From Pseudomonadota bacterium (GTDB taxonomy: Bacteria > Pseudomonadota > Gammaproteobacteria > UBA9214): DNA of 64,000 bases. Made by a program: the position numbers and the translations under genes. A model generated the notes under the pieces. That model saw nothing but the letters and a program-made list of their open reading frames with translations, did no database searches and had not been told where the DNA came from. Position 1 is the stretch's first letter; each line of letters starts with the position of its first letter. Location: NCBI GenBank assembly GCA_039714975.1, contig JBDLIH010000003.1, positions 10,197 to 74,196 on the forward strand, written 5' to 3'. This document shows positions 13,425 to 22,530 of this stretch, piece by piece.

Positions 13425-13460
13425 TGCGTCAGTCTGTCTGCATGCACTATAATTGTGCGC
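13411..13460. promoter_or_regulatory. Perfect 17-bp inverted repeat forming two tandem NtrC-type sites (cGCAC-N7-GTGCg and TGCAC-N7-GTGCg); also a possible terminator hairpin for the CDF gene
   Basis: GCGCACAATTATAGTGC at 13411-13427 and GCACTATAATTGTGCGC at 13444-13460. Each arm matches the NtrC consensus TGCAC-N7-GTGCA. The centres are about 31 bp apart, roughly 100 and 130 bp upstream of the glnA sigma-54 promoter. Confidence 0.7.
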
Positions 13461-13522
13461 TATCATTCTGTCCTGGTTCGTTAACACCGTGAATAATAGG
13501 GAGTTGCTCGTCATATCTGCCG

Positions 13523-13538
13523 TGGCATAATTCGTGCT
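13523..13538 (+). promoter_or_regulatory. Sigma-54 (-24/-12) promoter for glnA: TGGCAT-N5-GTGCT
   Basis: GG and GC are spaced 10 nt apart, matching TGGCAC-N5-TTGCA. It lies about 90 bp upstream of the glnA ATG and downstream of the NtrC sites. Confidence 0.65.
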
Positions 13539-13626
13539 TCGTCAAGAACAGAGATTTTAGTGTGCGCCGTTGTCGCCTGATAACGGCGTCTTATTTTTTT
13601 GCGCAAGTTGATTTGGAGGAGTTGTA

Positions 13627-15036
13627 ATGTCTGCAACAAAAGTTATGAAGATGATGAAGGACAACGAGGTTGTATACGTTGACCTGCGTTTTACCGATAC
13701 CATTGGCAAGGAACAACATGTCACGATGCCAGCCAGCCAGGCGGGCAGCAGCCTGTTCAAGGACGGCAAGATGTTTGACGGTTCCAGCATCTCCGGCTGG
13801 AAGGGTATTAACGAATCAGACATGGTGCTGATGCCGGATACCACCACAGCTGTGATGGACCTGTTCAGCGATGAGCCGACCCTGATTATCCGTTGCGACA
13901 TTCTTGAGCCGACGACCATGCAGGGTTACGAACGTGATCCGCGTTCCATCGCCAAACGTGCCGAGGCCTACCTGAAATCCACCAAGGTTGCCGACACCGC
14001 TTTCTTTGGTCCCGAGCCGGAATTCTTTGTGCTGGACGATGTACGCTGGGGTGCCGACATGAGTGGCTCCTTCTGCAAGGTGGATTCGGAGGAAGCCTCC
14101 TGGAACTCCGAACGCGTTTTTGAAGACGGCAACATCGGTCATCGTCCGACCGTGAAGGGTGGTTATTTCCCGGTGCCGCCGGTTGATTCCCTGCATGACC
14201 TGCGTGGTGCCATGTGTCTTGGGCTGGAGGAGATGGGTGTCGCAGTGGAAGTCCATCACCATGAAGTGGCGACTGCCGGTCAGTGCGAAATCGGTACCCG
14301 CTTCGATACCCTGGTAAAGCGTGCTGATCAGAACCAGATTCTCAAGTACGTGGTACACAATGTGGCACACGGCTACGGCAAGACCGCCACTTTTATGCCC
14401 AAACCGATTGTGGGTGATAACGGTAGTGGTATGCATGTGCACCAGTCGCTGGCCAAGGCCGGCAAGAACATCTTCACCGGTAACAAGTACGGCGGCCTGT
14501 CACAGCAGGCACTGTATTACATCGGCGGTATCTTCAAACACGCACGTGCCCTGAATGCCTTTACCAATGCCAGTACCAACAGCTACAAGCGCCTGGTACC
14601 GGGGTTCGAAGCACCGGTGATGCTGGCCTACTCGGCCCGCAACCGTTCCGCCTCGGTACGTATTCCGTTTGAATCCAATCCGAAAGGCCGCCGCGTAGAG
14701 ATACGTTTTCCGGATTCCGCAGGTAACCCTTACCTGTGTTTTGCTGCCATGATGATGGCCGGTCTGGACGGCATCAGGAACAAGATCGATCCGGGCGATG
14801 CCATGGACAAGGATCTGTATGACCTGCCGCCGGAGGAAGGGAAGAAGATTCCGACCGTGTGCAGTTCGCTGGACGAGGCACTGGAAGCACTCGACGCTGA
14901 CCGTGAGTTCCTGACCGCCGGTGGCGTGTTCACTGACGATATGATCGACGGCTATATCGATCTGAAGATGGAAGAAGTTACGCGCCTGCGCATGACCACG
15001 CATCCGGTCGAGTTTGATATGTACTACAGTCTCTAG
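13627..15036 (+). CDS. glnA: Glutamine synthetase type I
   Basis: 469 aa; [32 protein letters not shown] is a GS-I N-terminus; adenylylation-site region present. Confidence 0.95.
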   Translation: MSATKVMKMMKDNEVVYVDLRFTDTIGKEQHVTMPASQAGSSLFKDGKMFDGSSISGWKGINESDMVLMPDTTTAVMDLFSDEPTLIIRCDILEPTTMQGYERDPRSIAKRAEAYLKSTKVADTAFFGPEPEFFVLDDVRWGADMSGSFCKVDSEEASWNSERVFEDGNIGHRPTVKGGYFPVPPVDSLHDLRGAMCLGLEEMGVAVEVHHHEVATAGQCEIGTRFDTLVKRADQNQILKYVVHNVAHGYGKTATFMPKPIVGDNGSGMHVHQSLAKAGKNIFTGNKYGGLSQQALYYIGGIFKHARALNAFTNASTNSYKRLVPGFEAPVMLAYSARNRSASVRIPFESNPKGRRVEIRFPDSAGNPYLCFAAMMMAGLDGIRNKIDPGDAMDKDLYDLPPEEGKKIPTVCSSLDEALEALDADREFLTAGGVFTDDMIDGYIDLKMEEVTRLRMTTHPVEFDMYYSL

Positions 15037-15058
15037 GCAGTCAGTGGTGTTGTACCAT

Positions 15059-15092
15059 AAAGCCCCGCTCTGGTAGCGGGGCTTTATTTTTT
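15059..15092 (+). terminator. Rho-independent terminator after glnA
   Basis: AGCCCCGCT-ctggt-AGCGGGGCT stem followed by TTTATTTTTT. Confidence 0.8.
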
Positions 15093-15313
15093 CCGCGGCA
15101 GTCATGGTGGATGTAGCTGAAGCCGCAGCTGATTAATTCACCCCGGTCCAGGGAGGATGAAGGCCGCGCACCAATCTGGTGCGTCTTTACGGCATCGGTT
15201 ATACTGCGGTGGCTCCCCCTGAGTATCCATATGTCCCTCATACTGAGTAAGCTACTGTATTTATTTGGTTATATTATATTTTCGGGCAGGGTTTCCCATT
15301 TGATGATGTTGGT

Positions 15314-16420
15314 TTGGTTCTTGCAATGAACCCTGCTATGCCAGGAGAGACCGTGCCACCTGAACTGAACGCCGATCGAATACTCGAGAGCATGGGCACG
15401 GCCGTATTGGTGTTCGATGCCCGGTGTCGGCTGATAACCATTAACCAGGCGGGTGAGATCATGCTTGCCCACAGCGCACGTCACGTCTGCGGTCGCCCGG
15501 TCCGGGAACTGGTTATCAATGCGGAAGTAATGGTCGAGCAAATCACCAACACCCTGACCTCCGAGCAGGTGGTGACGCAGCGCGGTTGTCTGCTGGAGTT
15601 ACCCGATGCGCCTGACTTGCGTGTTAACTGCACCTTTACACCGATGACGGACAATGCCGGCCGGCCCCGTGTACTGGTGGAACTGCGCCAGATCAATCAC
15701 CACCTGCGCATTGAGCAGGAGGAACGCCTGATTACACAACAGCAAGCCACGCATGAACTGTTGCGCGGGCTTGCACACGAAATCAAGAACCCGCTGGGCG
15801 GCTTGCGTGGTGCTGCGCAATTACTGGAACGCGAAATCAGCGATGATGCGTTGCAGGAATATACACATATCATTATCAGCGAGGCAGATCGCCTGCAGGC
15901 ATTGCTGGACCGTATGCTGGGCCCCAACAGTTTGCCCAGCGTCCAGGCAGTCAATATCCATGATGTGCTCGAGCATGTGCGTGAACTGGTACAGGTCGAG
16001 GCGGGTGATGGCTTGCAGCTTCGCCAGGACTATGACCCGAGCCTGCCGGATCTGCAGGCCGACCGTGATCTGCTGCTGCAAGCCATGCTTAACATCGTGC
16101 GCAATGCGGCGCAGGCGCTGGAAAACGACGGTGTTATCACTTTGCGTACCCGCATACGGCGTAGTTTTAATATCGGCAGCCGCAAGCATCGCCTCGTTGC
16201 ATGTATAGAAGTGATTGATAACGGCCCCGGTATTAAAGAAGAGCTGCGCAAGCAGATTTTTTACCCGATGATTACCGGTCGCAGTGACGGTACTGGCCTG
16301 GGGCTTTCCATCGCACAGGCGCTGATCAGCCGTCACCAGGGGCTGATTGAATGTACCAGTCAACCGGGTGAAACCGTGTTTACCATATTGCTACCACTGG
16401 AAGGAGAGCATGAATCATAA
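15314..16420 (+). CDS. glnL: Nitrogen regulation sensor histidine kinase NtrB (NRII)
   Basis: H-box HELLRGLAHEIKNPLGGLRGAAQLL; HATPase N/G boxes; followed by ntrC. The start is ambiguous: TTG 15314, ATG 15326 or ATG 15338. Confidence 0.88.
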   Translation: MVLAMNPAMPGETVPPELNADRILESMGTAVLVFDARCRLITINQAGEIMLAHSARHVCGRPVRELVINAEVMVEQITNTLTSEQVVTQRGCLLELPDAPDLRVNCTFTPMTDNAGRPRVLVELRQINHHLRIEQEERLITQQQATHELLRGLAHEIKNPLGGLRGAAQLLEREISDDALQEYTHIIISEADRLQALLDRMLGPNSLPSVQAVNIHDVLEHVRELVQVEAGDGLQLRQDYDPSLPDLQADRDLLLQAMLNIVRNAAQALENDGVITLRTRIRRSFNIGSRKHRLVACIEVIDNGPGIKEELRKQIFYPMITGRSDGTGLGLSIAQALISRHQGLIECTSQPGETVFTILLPLEGEHES

Positions 16421-17819
16421 CGAGACAATCTGTGTCATTGATGATGACAGTTCCATTCGCTGGGTGCTGGACAAGGCGCTCGGTAATGCAGGATTGAAGG
16501 TCGAGGGGTTCGAGTCTGCTGACAGTGCGTTGCTGGCCATCAGCAAGCAGGAGCCGGCAGTCATCATTACCGATATACGCATGCCTGGCATGGACGGGAT
16601 GGCACTGCTGGATCACATCAATAGCCATTACCCGGATGTGCCGGTCATTATCATGACGGCCCATTCCGATCTTGATAGCGCCGTATCCGCCTATAAAGGT
16701 GGTGCCTTCGAGTATCTGCCGAAACCGTTTGATGTGGACGAGGCCGTGGCACTGGTCACCCGGGCACTGGAGGTGCGTACCCGGCAAGCTGTTGGAACCG
16801 CACCGCAGGCAATAGAGGAAACACCGGAAATCATTGGCAAGGCACCGGCGATGCAGGAGGTGTTTCGCGCCATTGGCCGTCTGGCACACTCCAATGCCAC
16901 GGTACTGATCAATGGTGAATCGGGGACCGGAAAAGAGTTGGTGGCACAGGCGCTGCATCAGCACAGCGCGCGTGCGCAGCAGCCATTTGTGGCACTGAAC
17001 ATGGCGGCAATCCCCCGTGATCTGCTGGAATCCGAGCTGTTTGGTCATGAGCGGGGTGCCTTCACCGGGGCGCAAAACCGCCGTGCCGGACGTTTTGAAC
17101 AGGCCAATGGCGGTACGCTGATGCTCGATGAGATCGGTGATATGCCGGCCGAGCTGCAGACCCGCCTGTTACGGGTACTGGCGGACGGTGAGTTTTACCC
17201 GGTGGGCGGGCATACACCGAAGAAGGTCGATGTCCGTATTATCGCAGCAACCCACCAGAACCTGGAACAGCGTGTGCGGGACGGGCAGTTTCGTGAAGAC
17301 CTGTTTCATCGCCTGAATGTGATTCGCATCCAGATCCCGCCGCTGCGTGAACGCCGCGAGGACATCCCGCTGCTCATGCAACACTTCCTGCAACAGGCTG
17401 CGGTTGAACTTGAAGTCGAGACGAAGACGCTGACCGCCGCTGCGGCATCCAGGCTGTCGACACTGGACTGGCCCGGTAATGTACGCCAGCTTGAAAATTT
17501 ATGTCGCTTGTTAACGGTGATGGCACCCGGTCAGGAAATCCATATCGAGGACCTGCCGGGTGAATTGCTTGAGGCAGAGGCCAGCGGGTCTGAGGCGTCA
17601 GCAGACTGGCGAGGCTTATTGCGTCAATGGGCGCAACAGCAGCTGGCGGGAGGGGCAGAGCGCCTGCTGGATGAGGCATTGCCGGACTTTGAGCGCGTAC
17701 TCATAGACGTTGCGCTGCAGCAGACCGGCGGGCGTCGCCAGGATGCGGCACGCTTGCTGGGGTGGGGGCGGAATACCCTCACACGCAAGCTGAAGGAGTT
17801 TGAAGGCACAAATTCCTAG
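16410..17819 (+). CDS. glnG: Nitrogen regulation response regulator NtrC (sigma-54-dependent)
   Basis: Receiver domain, AAA+ ESGTGKE and the GAFTGA loop, C-terminal HTH. ATG 16410 is preceded by AAGGAGAG and overlaps the ntrB stop by 11 nt. Confidence 0.93.
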   Translation: MNHNETICVIDDDSSIRWVLDKALGNAGLKVEGFESADSALLAISKQEPAVIITDIRMPGMDGMALLDHINSHYPDVPVIIMTAHSDLDSAVSAYKGGAFEYLPKPFDVDEAVALVTRALEVRTRQAVGTAPQAIEETPEIIGKAPAMQEVFRAIGRLAHSNATVLINGESGTGKELVAQALHQHSARAQQPFVALNMAAIPRDLLESELFGHERGAFTGAQNRRAGRFEQANGGTLMLDEIGDMPAELQTRLLRVLADGEFYPVGGHTPKKVDVRIIAATHQNLEQRVRDGQFREDLFHRLNVIRIQIPPLRERREDIPLLMQHFLQQAAVELEVETKTLTAAAASRLSTLDWPGNVRQLENLCRLLTVMAPGQEIHIEDLPGELLEAEASGSEASADWRGLLRQWAQQQLAGGAERLLDEALPDFERVLIDVALQQTGGRRQDAARLLGWGRNTLTRKLKEFEGTNS

Positions 17820-17948
17820 CCTGGATGGACGCCTGCTAGCGAGTGTGATTCAATCCGCCTGTTTTTACAGGCAGATGCTTTACATTCAGAATGACTGTTC
17901 GCAGCCATAAACTGCACAAACCGTATCTTGACCGGCTGACCGTGCCTG

Positions 17949-19955
17949 ATGCGGCCTGAGAGGTTGACGAGTCGGCTCCGTCTGGTGCTCAGGTGCGGTT
18001 CCCTTGCCTGCCTGATCAGTACCATGACATACCCTGTGGCTGCCGAAACAACTGATGCCCCCGGGTCTGAGGCTGATCCAGCCGCAGCCTATGTAGACCA
18101 GTTGATTGAACCGCAGGCAGCGGACGGCGAGTTGTTCCCGGAGTATGAAGAGGTACAGGAGCCGGAAGGTTATCGCAGCTTCAGCACCGAGTATCGCCAT
18201 TATCAGCAAGACCTGGACCGTGCCGGCAAGTCCTATGAGGATGGCCTGATCTTTCATGGTCGCCATGAAACGCGTGATTATGGTGAGTTCGAAATGCTGG
18301 CGACGGCACGCTATATGCGCCCGCCTGGCAGTCTGCAGGAGAGCGACAACAGCGGCGGTCGCCTGACTTTGCGGCAGTACGGCTTTGCGGTCAATGAAGA
18401 CTGGCTGCTCGATAACAGCCTCGGTATCCTGCGCAGTGATACAGACCCGCTATTGAGCAGCAGTTATCGTATTAATCTGCCCTCGACGCTTGTATCGGGC
18501 CTGAGAAACTGGTCGCGCAACGACCGTAGCAGTGTGCGATTCAGTGCCGGGAAGATCGGTATCCTGGGTGTCGGGCGTATCGAGGATTTTGAATTCACTT
18601 CCGGCACCATGGCGTCGATGGGCTTGAGCCACTCGCTGAATCCCCGCTGGCATGCGGCGGCACAACTGATTGCCGTTAATGATTCCGATACCGTTGCGGA
18701 TCATGAGAGTGGCGCCATGGTGCTGCAATACCAGAGTCAGGATAAACGTCACCGTTACACGGGTCATGCATTATTCGACAGCGAGGGCAGTAACGGCATC
18801 TGGCTGGATGGTGATGACCGGCTGGGTCGCTGGCGGCATCGCTACGGCATCTTCAGGCTGGACCCGGATCTGCTGTGGAGTGATGCCACCATTACCGATG
18901 ACCAGCAGGGTCTCTATACGCGTTCGGAATTACGTTCACCACGCTACAACCTGACGGTTGGCACCGACTTCAATGAGAACAATGTGGAGAATCGTGCAGA
19001 CCGGCCACTAAGCCGGACAAGCAACCTGTTTGTCACCGGCAACCGCCGCTTTCTGCGATCCACGAGCCTGGGCGGTACCGCGAGCGTTAACAGGGTGGAC
19101 CCGCGCAATACCCTTGCCGGCGAGGAAAAACGTGCGCTCAGGCTGTCGACTTATGTCCAGCAGCGATTCGGATTCGGCACCAGTCGACTCGAGGTCTTCA
19201 TCGCCGCTATCGAGGAGGGCAGTGACGAGGGTGATGTGCACGGCGTCATCTGGGACCAGAGCTGGAACCTGTCACGGCAGTTATCGCTATCGACGACACT
19301 GTCCCACGAAAAGAGTGACGGTCTGGTCAGTGATGAGCAACGTGACTCGGCCAGTATCCTTTTTTCTCACAGTATTACCCCTGATCTGGACTGGAATGGC
19401 AGCGCCAACTACACCCGTGTGAAAACAGCAGGCCGTGCCGATACGGACAATTACAATGCTACGCTCGGGGCGGGGTGGCAGTTCCTGCGCAACTGGGCTG
19501 CGCGTCTGGATTTAACCTGGACCCAGGCCGAGGAGTCCGTCGGTGTCCTGGCAGACGCCTTTAATGTTAACGAAAAAACGCTGCTGCTGAGTATCAGGCA
19601 CAGCGTGCGTGGTGGCCGGCCGTTTATGACTGCCGGAAACCGTACCGGCTCATCCGGCTACGGTGAGATCAGTGGCGAGGTGTTCTATGACGCCAACCGC
19701 GACGGTGAGCGCCAGGCTGGCGAGCGCCCTGCCAGCGGTGTGTTTGTCTATCTGGACGGGCGCTATGAGCGGGTCACGGACAAGCAGGGACGTTTTACCT
19801 TTAACACGGTCCCGGCCGGTGAGCATGCCGTCAGGCTTGCCATTGAAGACCTGCCATTGCCGTGGGGGCTGGAGGATGAATCACCGCTGCCAGTGGTGGT
19901 GTCCGTGCGTCAGGACAGCGTGGTCAATTTTGCACTGACACGTATTAACGAATAA
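17949..19955 (+). CDS. Secreted or outer-membrane hypothetical protein (668 aa) with a C-terminal Cna-B/SdrD-B/carboxypeptidase-regulatory-like beta-sandwich domain
   Basis: N-terminal signal peptide. The long central region is rich in amphipathic beta-strand-like segments, suggesting a barrel. The C-terminus GEISGEVFYDANRDGERQAGERPASGVFVYLDG...KQGRFTFNTVPAGEHAVRL matches the Cna-B/CarboxypepD_reg pattern. Confidence 0.55.
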   Translation: MRPERLTSRLRLVLRCGSLACLISTMTYPVAAETTDAPGSEADPAAAYVDQLIEPQAADGELFPEYEEVQEPEGYRSFSTEYRHYQQDLDRAGKSYEDGLIFHGRHETRDYGEFEMLATARYMRPPGSLQESDNSGGRLTLRQYGFAVNEDWLLDNSLGILRSDTDPLLSSSYRINLPSTLVSGLRNWSRNDRSSVRFSAGKIGILGVGRIEDFEFTSGTMASMGLSHSLNPRWHAAAQLIAVNDSDTVADHESGAMVLQYQSQDKRHRYTGHALFDSEGSNGIWLDGDDRLGRWRHRYGIFRLDPDLLWSDATITDDQQGLYTRSELRSPRYNLTVGTDFNENNVENRADRPLSRTSNLFVTGNRRFLRSTSLGGTASVNRVDPRNTLAGEEKRALRLSTYVQQRFGFGTSRLEVFIAAIEEGSDEGDVHGVIWDQSWNLSRQLSLSTTLSHEKSDGLVSDEQRDSASILFSHSITPDLDWNGSANYTRVKTAGRADTDNYNATLGAGWQFLRNWAARLDLTWTQAEESVGVLADAFNVNEKTLLLSIRHSVRGGRPFMTAGNRTGSSGYGEISGEVFYDANRDGERQAGERPASGVFVYLDGRYERVTDKQGRFTFNTVPAGEHAVRLAIEDLPLPWGLEDESPLPVVVSVRQDSVVNFALTRINE

Positions 19956-19969
19956 CGCCCGGTGAAGAC

Positions 19970-20773
19970 CTATTCCAGCGTGGTGTCCACCTTCTGCCGG
20001 CCGCCCTGCCATTCGATCAGCCCCTTGAGTTTAAGCGGGGGCGTCAGGGTGACGGCCTTTTCACCTTCCGCGGTTGCTTGCCAGAGGGTGACAGGGCGTG
20101 TTTGCCCGGGAAGAATCGGCGTCTGGGCCAGGATGAAATCAATCTTTTGACCACGGGCATCGCGGCCTTGCAGAAAGCCGTCAGGCCGGCCATGGGCGTT
20201 ACCGGTGTTTTCCAGCAAGGCCACCGGTGTCAGTTGTTCGTTAACGTTCCGCAGTTCCAGTGACTGCAGCGACAGCACCGGTGCGGCATCGCCTACTGTG
20301 ACGTAGATAATAATTGCGATGCGTCCTTCTACCGGAAAACGGATATTCCTGGCGCGTGCCATGACACCTTCATCATCACCGGGTTCAATGAGTATCGCCA
20401 GGCGACATTCACCGGCAGGGGCCTGCTCCGGAATATGCAATTCAAAACGGTAGCGTTTTCCCGACTGTGGTTGCAGGCGTATTGCGCGCCGTTCAATGCG
20501 TGCCCAGGGGCGACAACTGCCCGGTTGCAGTTCGGGTGGAAAGATGGTCAGTCCGCCGCCCTCCGACAGGTCCCAGTCGGCTGTGCGGATCGAGTATACA
20601 GCCGCAGTATCACCGGCATTTTCGATGTCGACGATTTCGCGAACCACTGAGCCGGCTTTACCGTGCAGTTCGAAACGCGGCGGGGACACCATGGCCGAAA
20701 AACCGGCCCCCCAGGCACTGTTTACAAGGCAGGCAAGGATGAAAACCAGCAGGCAGGAAGACTTTTTTGGCAT
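19970..20773 (-). CDS. Periplasmic pilus/fimbrial assembly chaperone-like protein (PapD-like N-domain)
   Basis: Signal peptide. AMVSPPRFELHGKAGSVVREIVDIENAGDTAAVYSIRTADW resembles the PapD_N pattern (V.P.R.x. ...V.N.G. ...W). 267 aa, similar to CsuC/PapD sizes. Confidence 0.55.
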   Translation of the reverse strand: MPKKSSCLLVFILACLVNSAWGAGFSAMVSPPRFELHGKAGSVVREIVDIENAGDTAAVYSIRTADWDLSEGGGLTIFPPELQPGSCRPWARIERRAIRLQPQSGKRYRFELHIPEQAPAGECRLAILIEPGDDEGVMARARNIRFPVEGRIAIIIYVTVGDAAPVLSLQSLELRNVNEQLTPVALLENTGNAHGRPDGFLQGRDARGQKIDFILAQTPILPGQTRPVTLWQATAEGEKAVTLTPPLKLKGLIEWQGGRQKVDTTLE

Positions 20774-20775
20774 GA

Positions 20776-21252
20776 TTAGAACGTTTCGATATCAAACAGG
20801 GGTTGAAAGCGCAGGTTGTTGTATACCTGCCGGGCATCGATGTCAAAGGTGATGTCAAAGACATCGCTCATGACGGGTTCGGTAATCTCGCCCTCAAACA
20901 ACTTGGCGCGGTTGCCGGCCGTTATGGCGCCATTCGAGAACAGGCCATTGGTTTGCCAGCTCATGCGCAAGGCGGATGAGTCGCCGGTGCCGCGGATATT
21001 GATGGGCAGGCGGATGAAGATCTTGCCGCGCTTGCCAACAAAACGCCTCGTGTTCAGGCGGATTTCAACACGACGTGCACGGGCCGTGAGGGCGTTCAGT
21101 TCCCGTTCGTCGAGGTTTTCAGTATTTCGTGTCTGTTTCCAGTCGAGATCAAGGTCAAACTGTTGTTGTGTAGAGAGGCTGTCATCGAGCCTTTCAGCGC
21201 AGGCCGGCAGGACATTGAATACGAGCAACAGAAGCAGCAGGCCGTTTTTCAT
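20776..21252 (-). CDS. Secreted hypothetical protein (158 aa), third gene of the chaperone operon
   Basis: Signal peptide MKNGLLLLLLVFNVLPACA. It overlaps the upstream gene by 4 nt and lies 2 nt from the chaperone start. Confidence 0.5.
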   Translation of the reverse strand: MKNGLLLLLLVFNVLPACAERLDDSLSTQQQFDLDLDWKQTRNTENLDERELNALTARARRVEIRLNTRRFVGKRGKIFIRLPINIRGTGDSSALRMSWQTNGLFSNGAITAGNRAKLFEGEITEPVMSDVFDITFDIDARQVYNNLRFQPLFDIETF

Positions 21253-21812
21253 GGCACGGCAAAGGTGTAGGTGGCACGCCCTTTGTAGGTGCCCGCTTCG
21301 AGCGCCAGCGTGTTGGCATAACGGAAGGTGAGAATGTCATCGAGGTTGTGCGGCGAACCGGGGAAGTCCACGATCGGCTGGTCGATGCTGCCGGTAAAGG
21401 TGCCTGACGGAATGTCACCGTCCCGTGCGGTCCAGCTGATCTGGGAAAACGGGATGGTACCGGTGCTGCCGGGATCATCGATCGCAAGCGGATTTGTGAA
21501 CGAATCGACCGTCAGAAAGGCCGTCAGCGGGTTGGCAGCGGATGCGCGTAATCGCGCGTGGATTCTGATGGTGGGTGTTCCGGTAATGGCACTGCCGTCA
21601 CCCACCCGTCCTGCCGGGACAGAGAAGGCAACCTCGCTGATGTTCCCGCCTCCGTCACCGACGCGGATATACAGCCGGGGAACGGCCCTGTTGTTCAGGT
21701 TAAAAATGATGGCATCGACAGTGGATGACCACAGTGCACAGCAGATCAGGGCACTTTTGCATAGCGATCGCAGACGACACCCGGACAAGATTGGCAACAA
21801 TGGCTGCATCAT
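21249..21812 (-). CDS. Secreted pilin-like subunit (187 aa), paralog of the 206-aa protein
   Basis: Signal peptide and an N-terminal alternating-hydrophobic segment IIFNLNN..PRLYIRV. Gly/Ser/Thr-rich core. C-terminal motif YKGRATYTFAVP is shared with the neighbour (QVTYTAAIP). Confidence 0.5.
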   Translation of the reverse strand: MMQPLLPILSGCRLRSLCKSALICCALWSSTVDAIIFNLNNRAVPRLYIRVGDGGGNISEVAFSVPAGRVGDGSAITGTPTIRIHARLRASAANPLTAFLTVDSFTNPLAIDDPGSTGTIPFSQISWTARDGDIPSGTFTGSIDQPIVDFPGSPHNLDDILTFRYANTLALEAGTYKGRATYTFAVP

Positions 21813-21909
21813 GTTTTCAATGCTACCTTTATGTGCCTGTAAACACCAAGGGCCGCGGCTGAAATCAGCGACGGCCCCGGGTTGCTACCGGTTGATATTC
21901 TGGGAGACG

Positions 21910-22530
21910 CTAGGGTATTGCTGCCGTGTAGGTAACTTGACCACCGGTTGCCACGGCACCGTCACCGTAGGTACCTGCCGGGTAATCAGCGGTGTGGTCG
22001 TAAACATAGGTCCAGACGGTATTGTAATTGGTTATTTTGGCATTTATGTTCGGCATCGGTGTTGAGGTGCCACCACCGGCATTCGAGAGTGTGGGGGGAC
22101 TAAAAGCGGGGATACCACTTGACGCAAGGATTTCGGAGTAGGGGATTTGGTCTCCGAAACCGTTGCCGAGCCCCGCACCACCACTGTTATTGGTTTCAGT
22201 GATGATGACATCTCCGGCATTGCTGAACAGGGCTGCGGTGACGGCACCACCACCCTGATCACCACCGCTACCCGTGATATCGGTGCTGCCAATGGCGCCA
22301 TTACCCACGTCGGTAGCTTGCAGGTTGAATTCAATAAGGTCTATGTTACCGGTACCTGCCTCACCGACCTGAAAGCGCAGTACACCGGGGATGGTAATAC
22401 GGAAATCCAGTTTTGCAGACGCAGAAGGATTTGCACCGTTGTCACTGTTTGATTCGGCCAGCAGCGTGCCAGGCAGGCCGCTGATCACCACAAAAAATGC
22501 CGTAAGACAATGTTTATAAAAGTTTTTCAT
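21910..22530 (-). CDS. Secreted pilin-like subunit (206 aa), first gene of the operon
   Basis: Signal peptide. AKLDFRITIPGVLRFQV is donor-strand-like. Gly-rich core. C-terminus TYGDGAVATGGQVTYTAAIP. Confidence 0.5.
   Translation of the reverse strand: MKNFYKHCLTAFFVVISGLPGTLLAESNSDNGANPSASAKLDFRITIPGVLRFQVGEAGTGNIDLIEFNLQATDVGNGAIGSTDITGSGGDQGGGAVTAALFSNAGDVIITETNNSGGAGLGNGFGDQIPYSEILASSGIPAFSPPTLSNAGGGTSTPMPNINAKITNYNTVWTYVYDHTADYPAGTYGDGAVATGGQVTYTAAIP

Noticed and set aside
21328-22065. 245-aa plus-strand ORF
   Set aside because: Antisense to the two pilin-like genes. There is no independent signal, and the minus-strand genes have signal peptides and paralogy.
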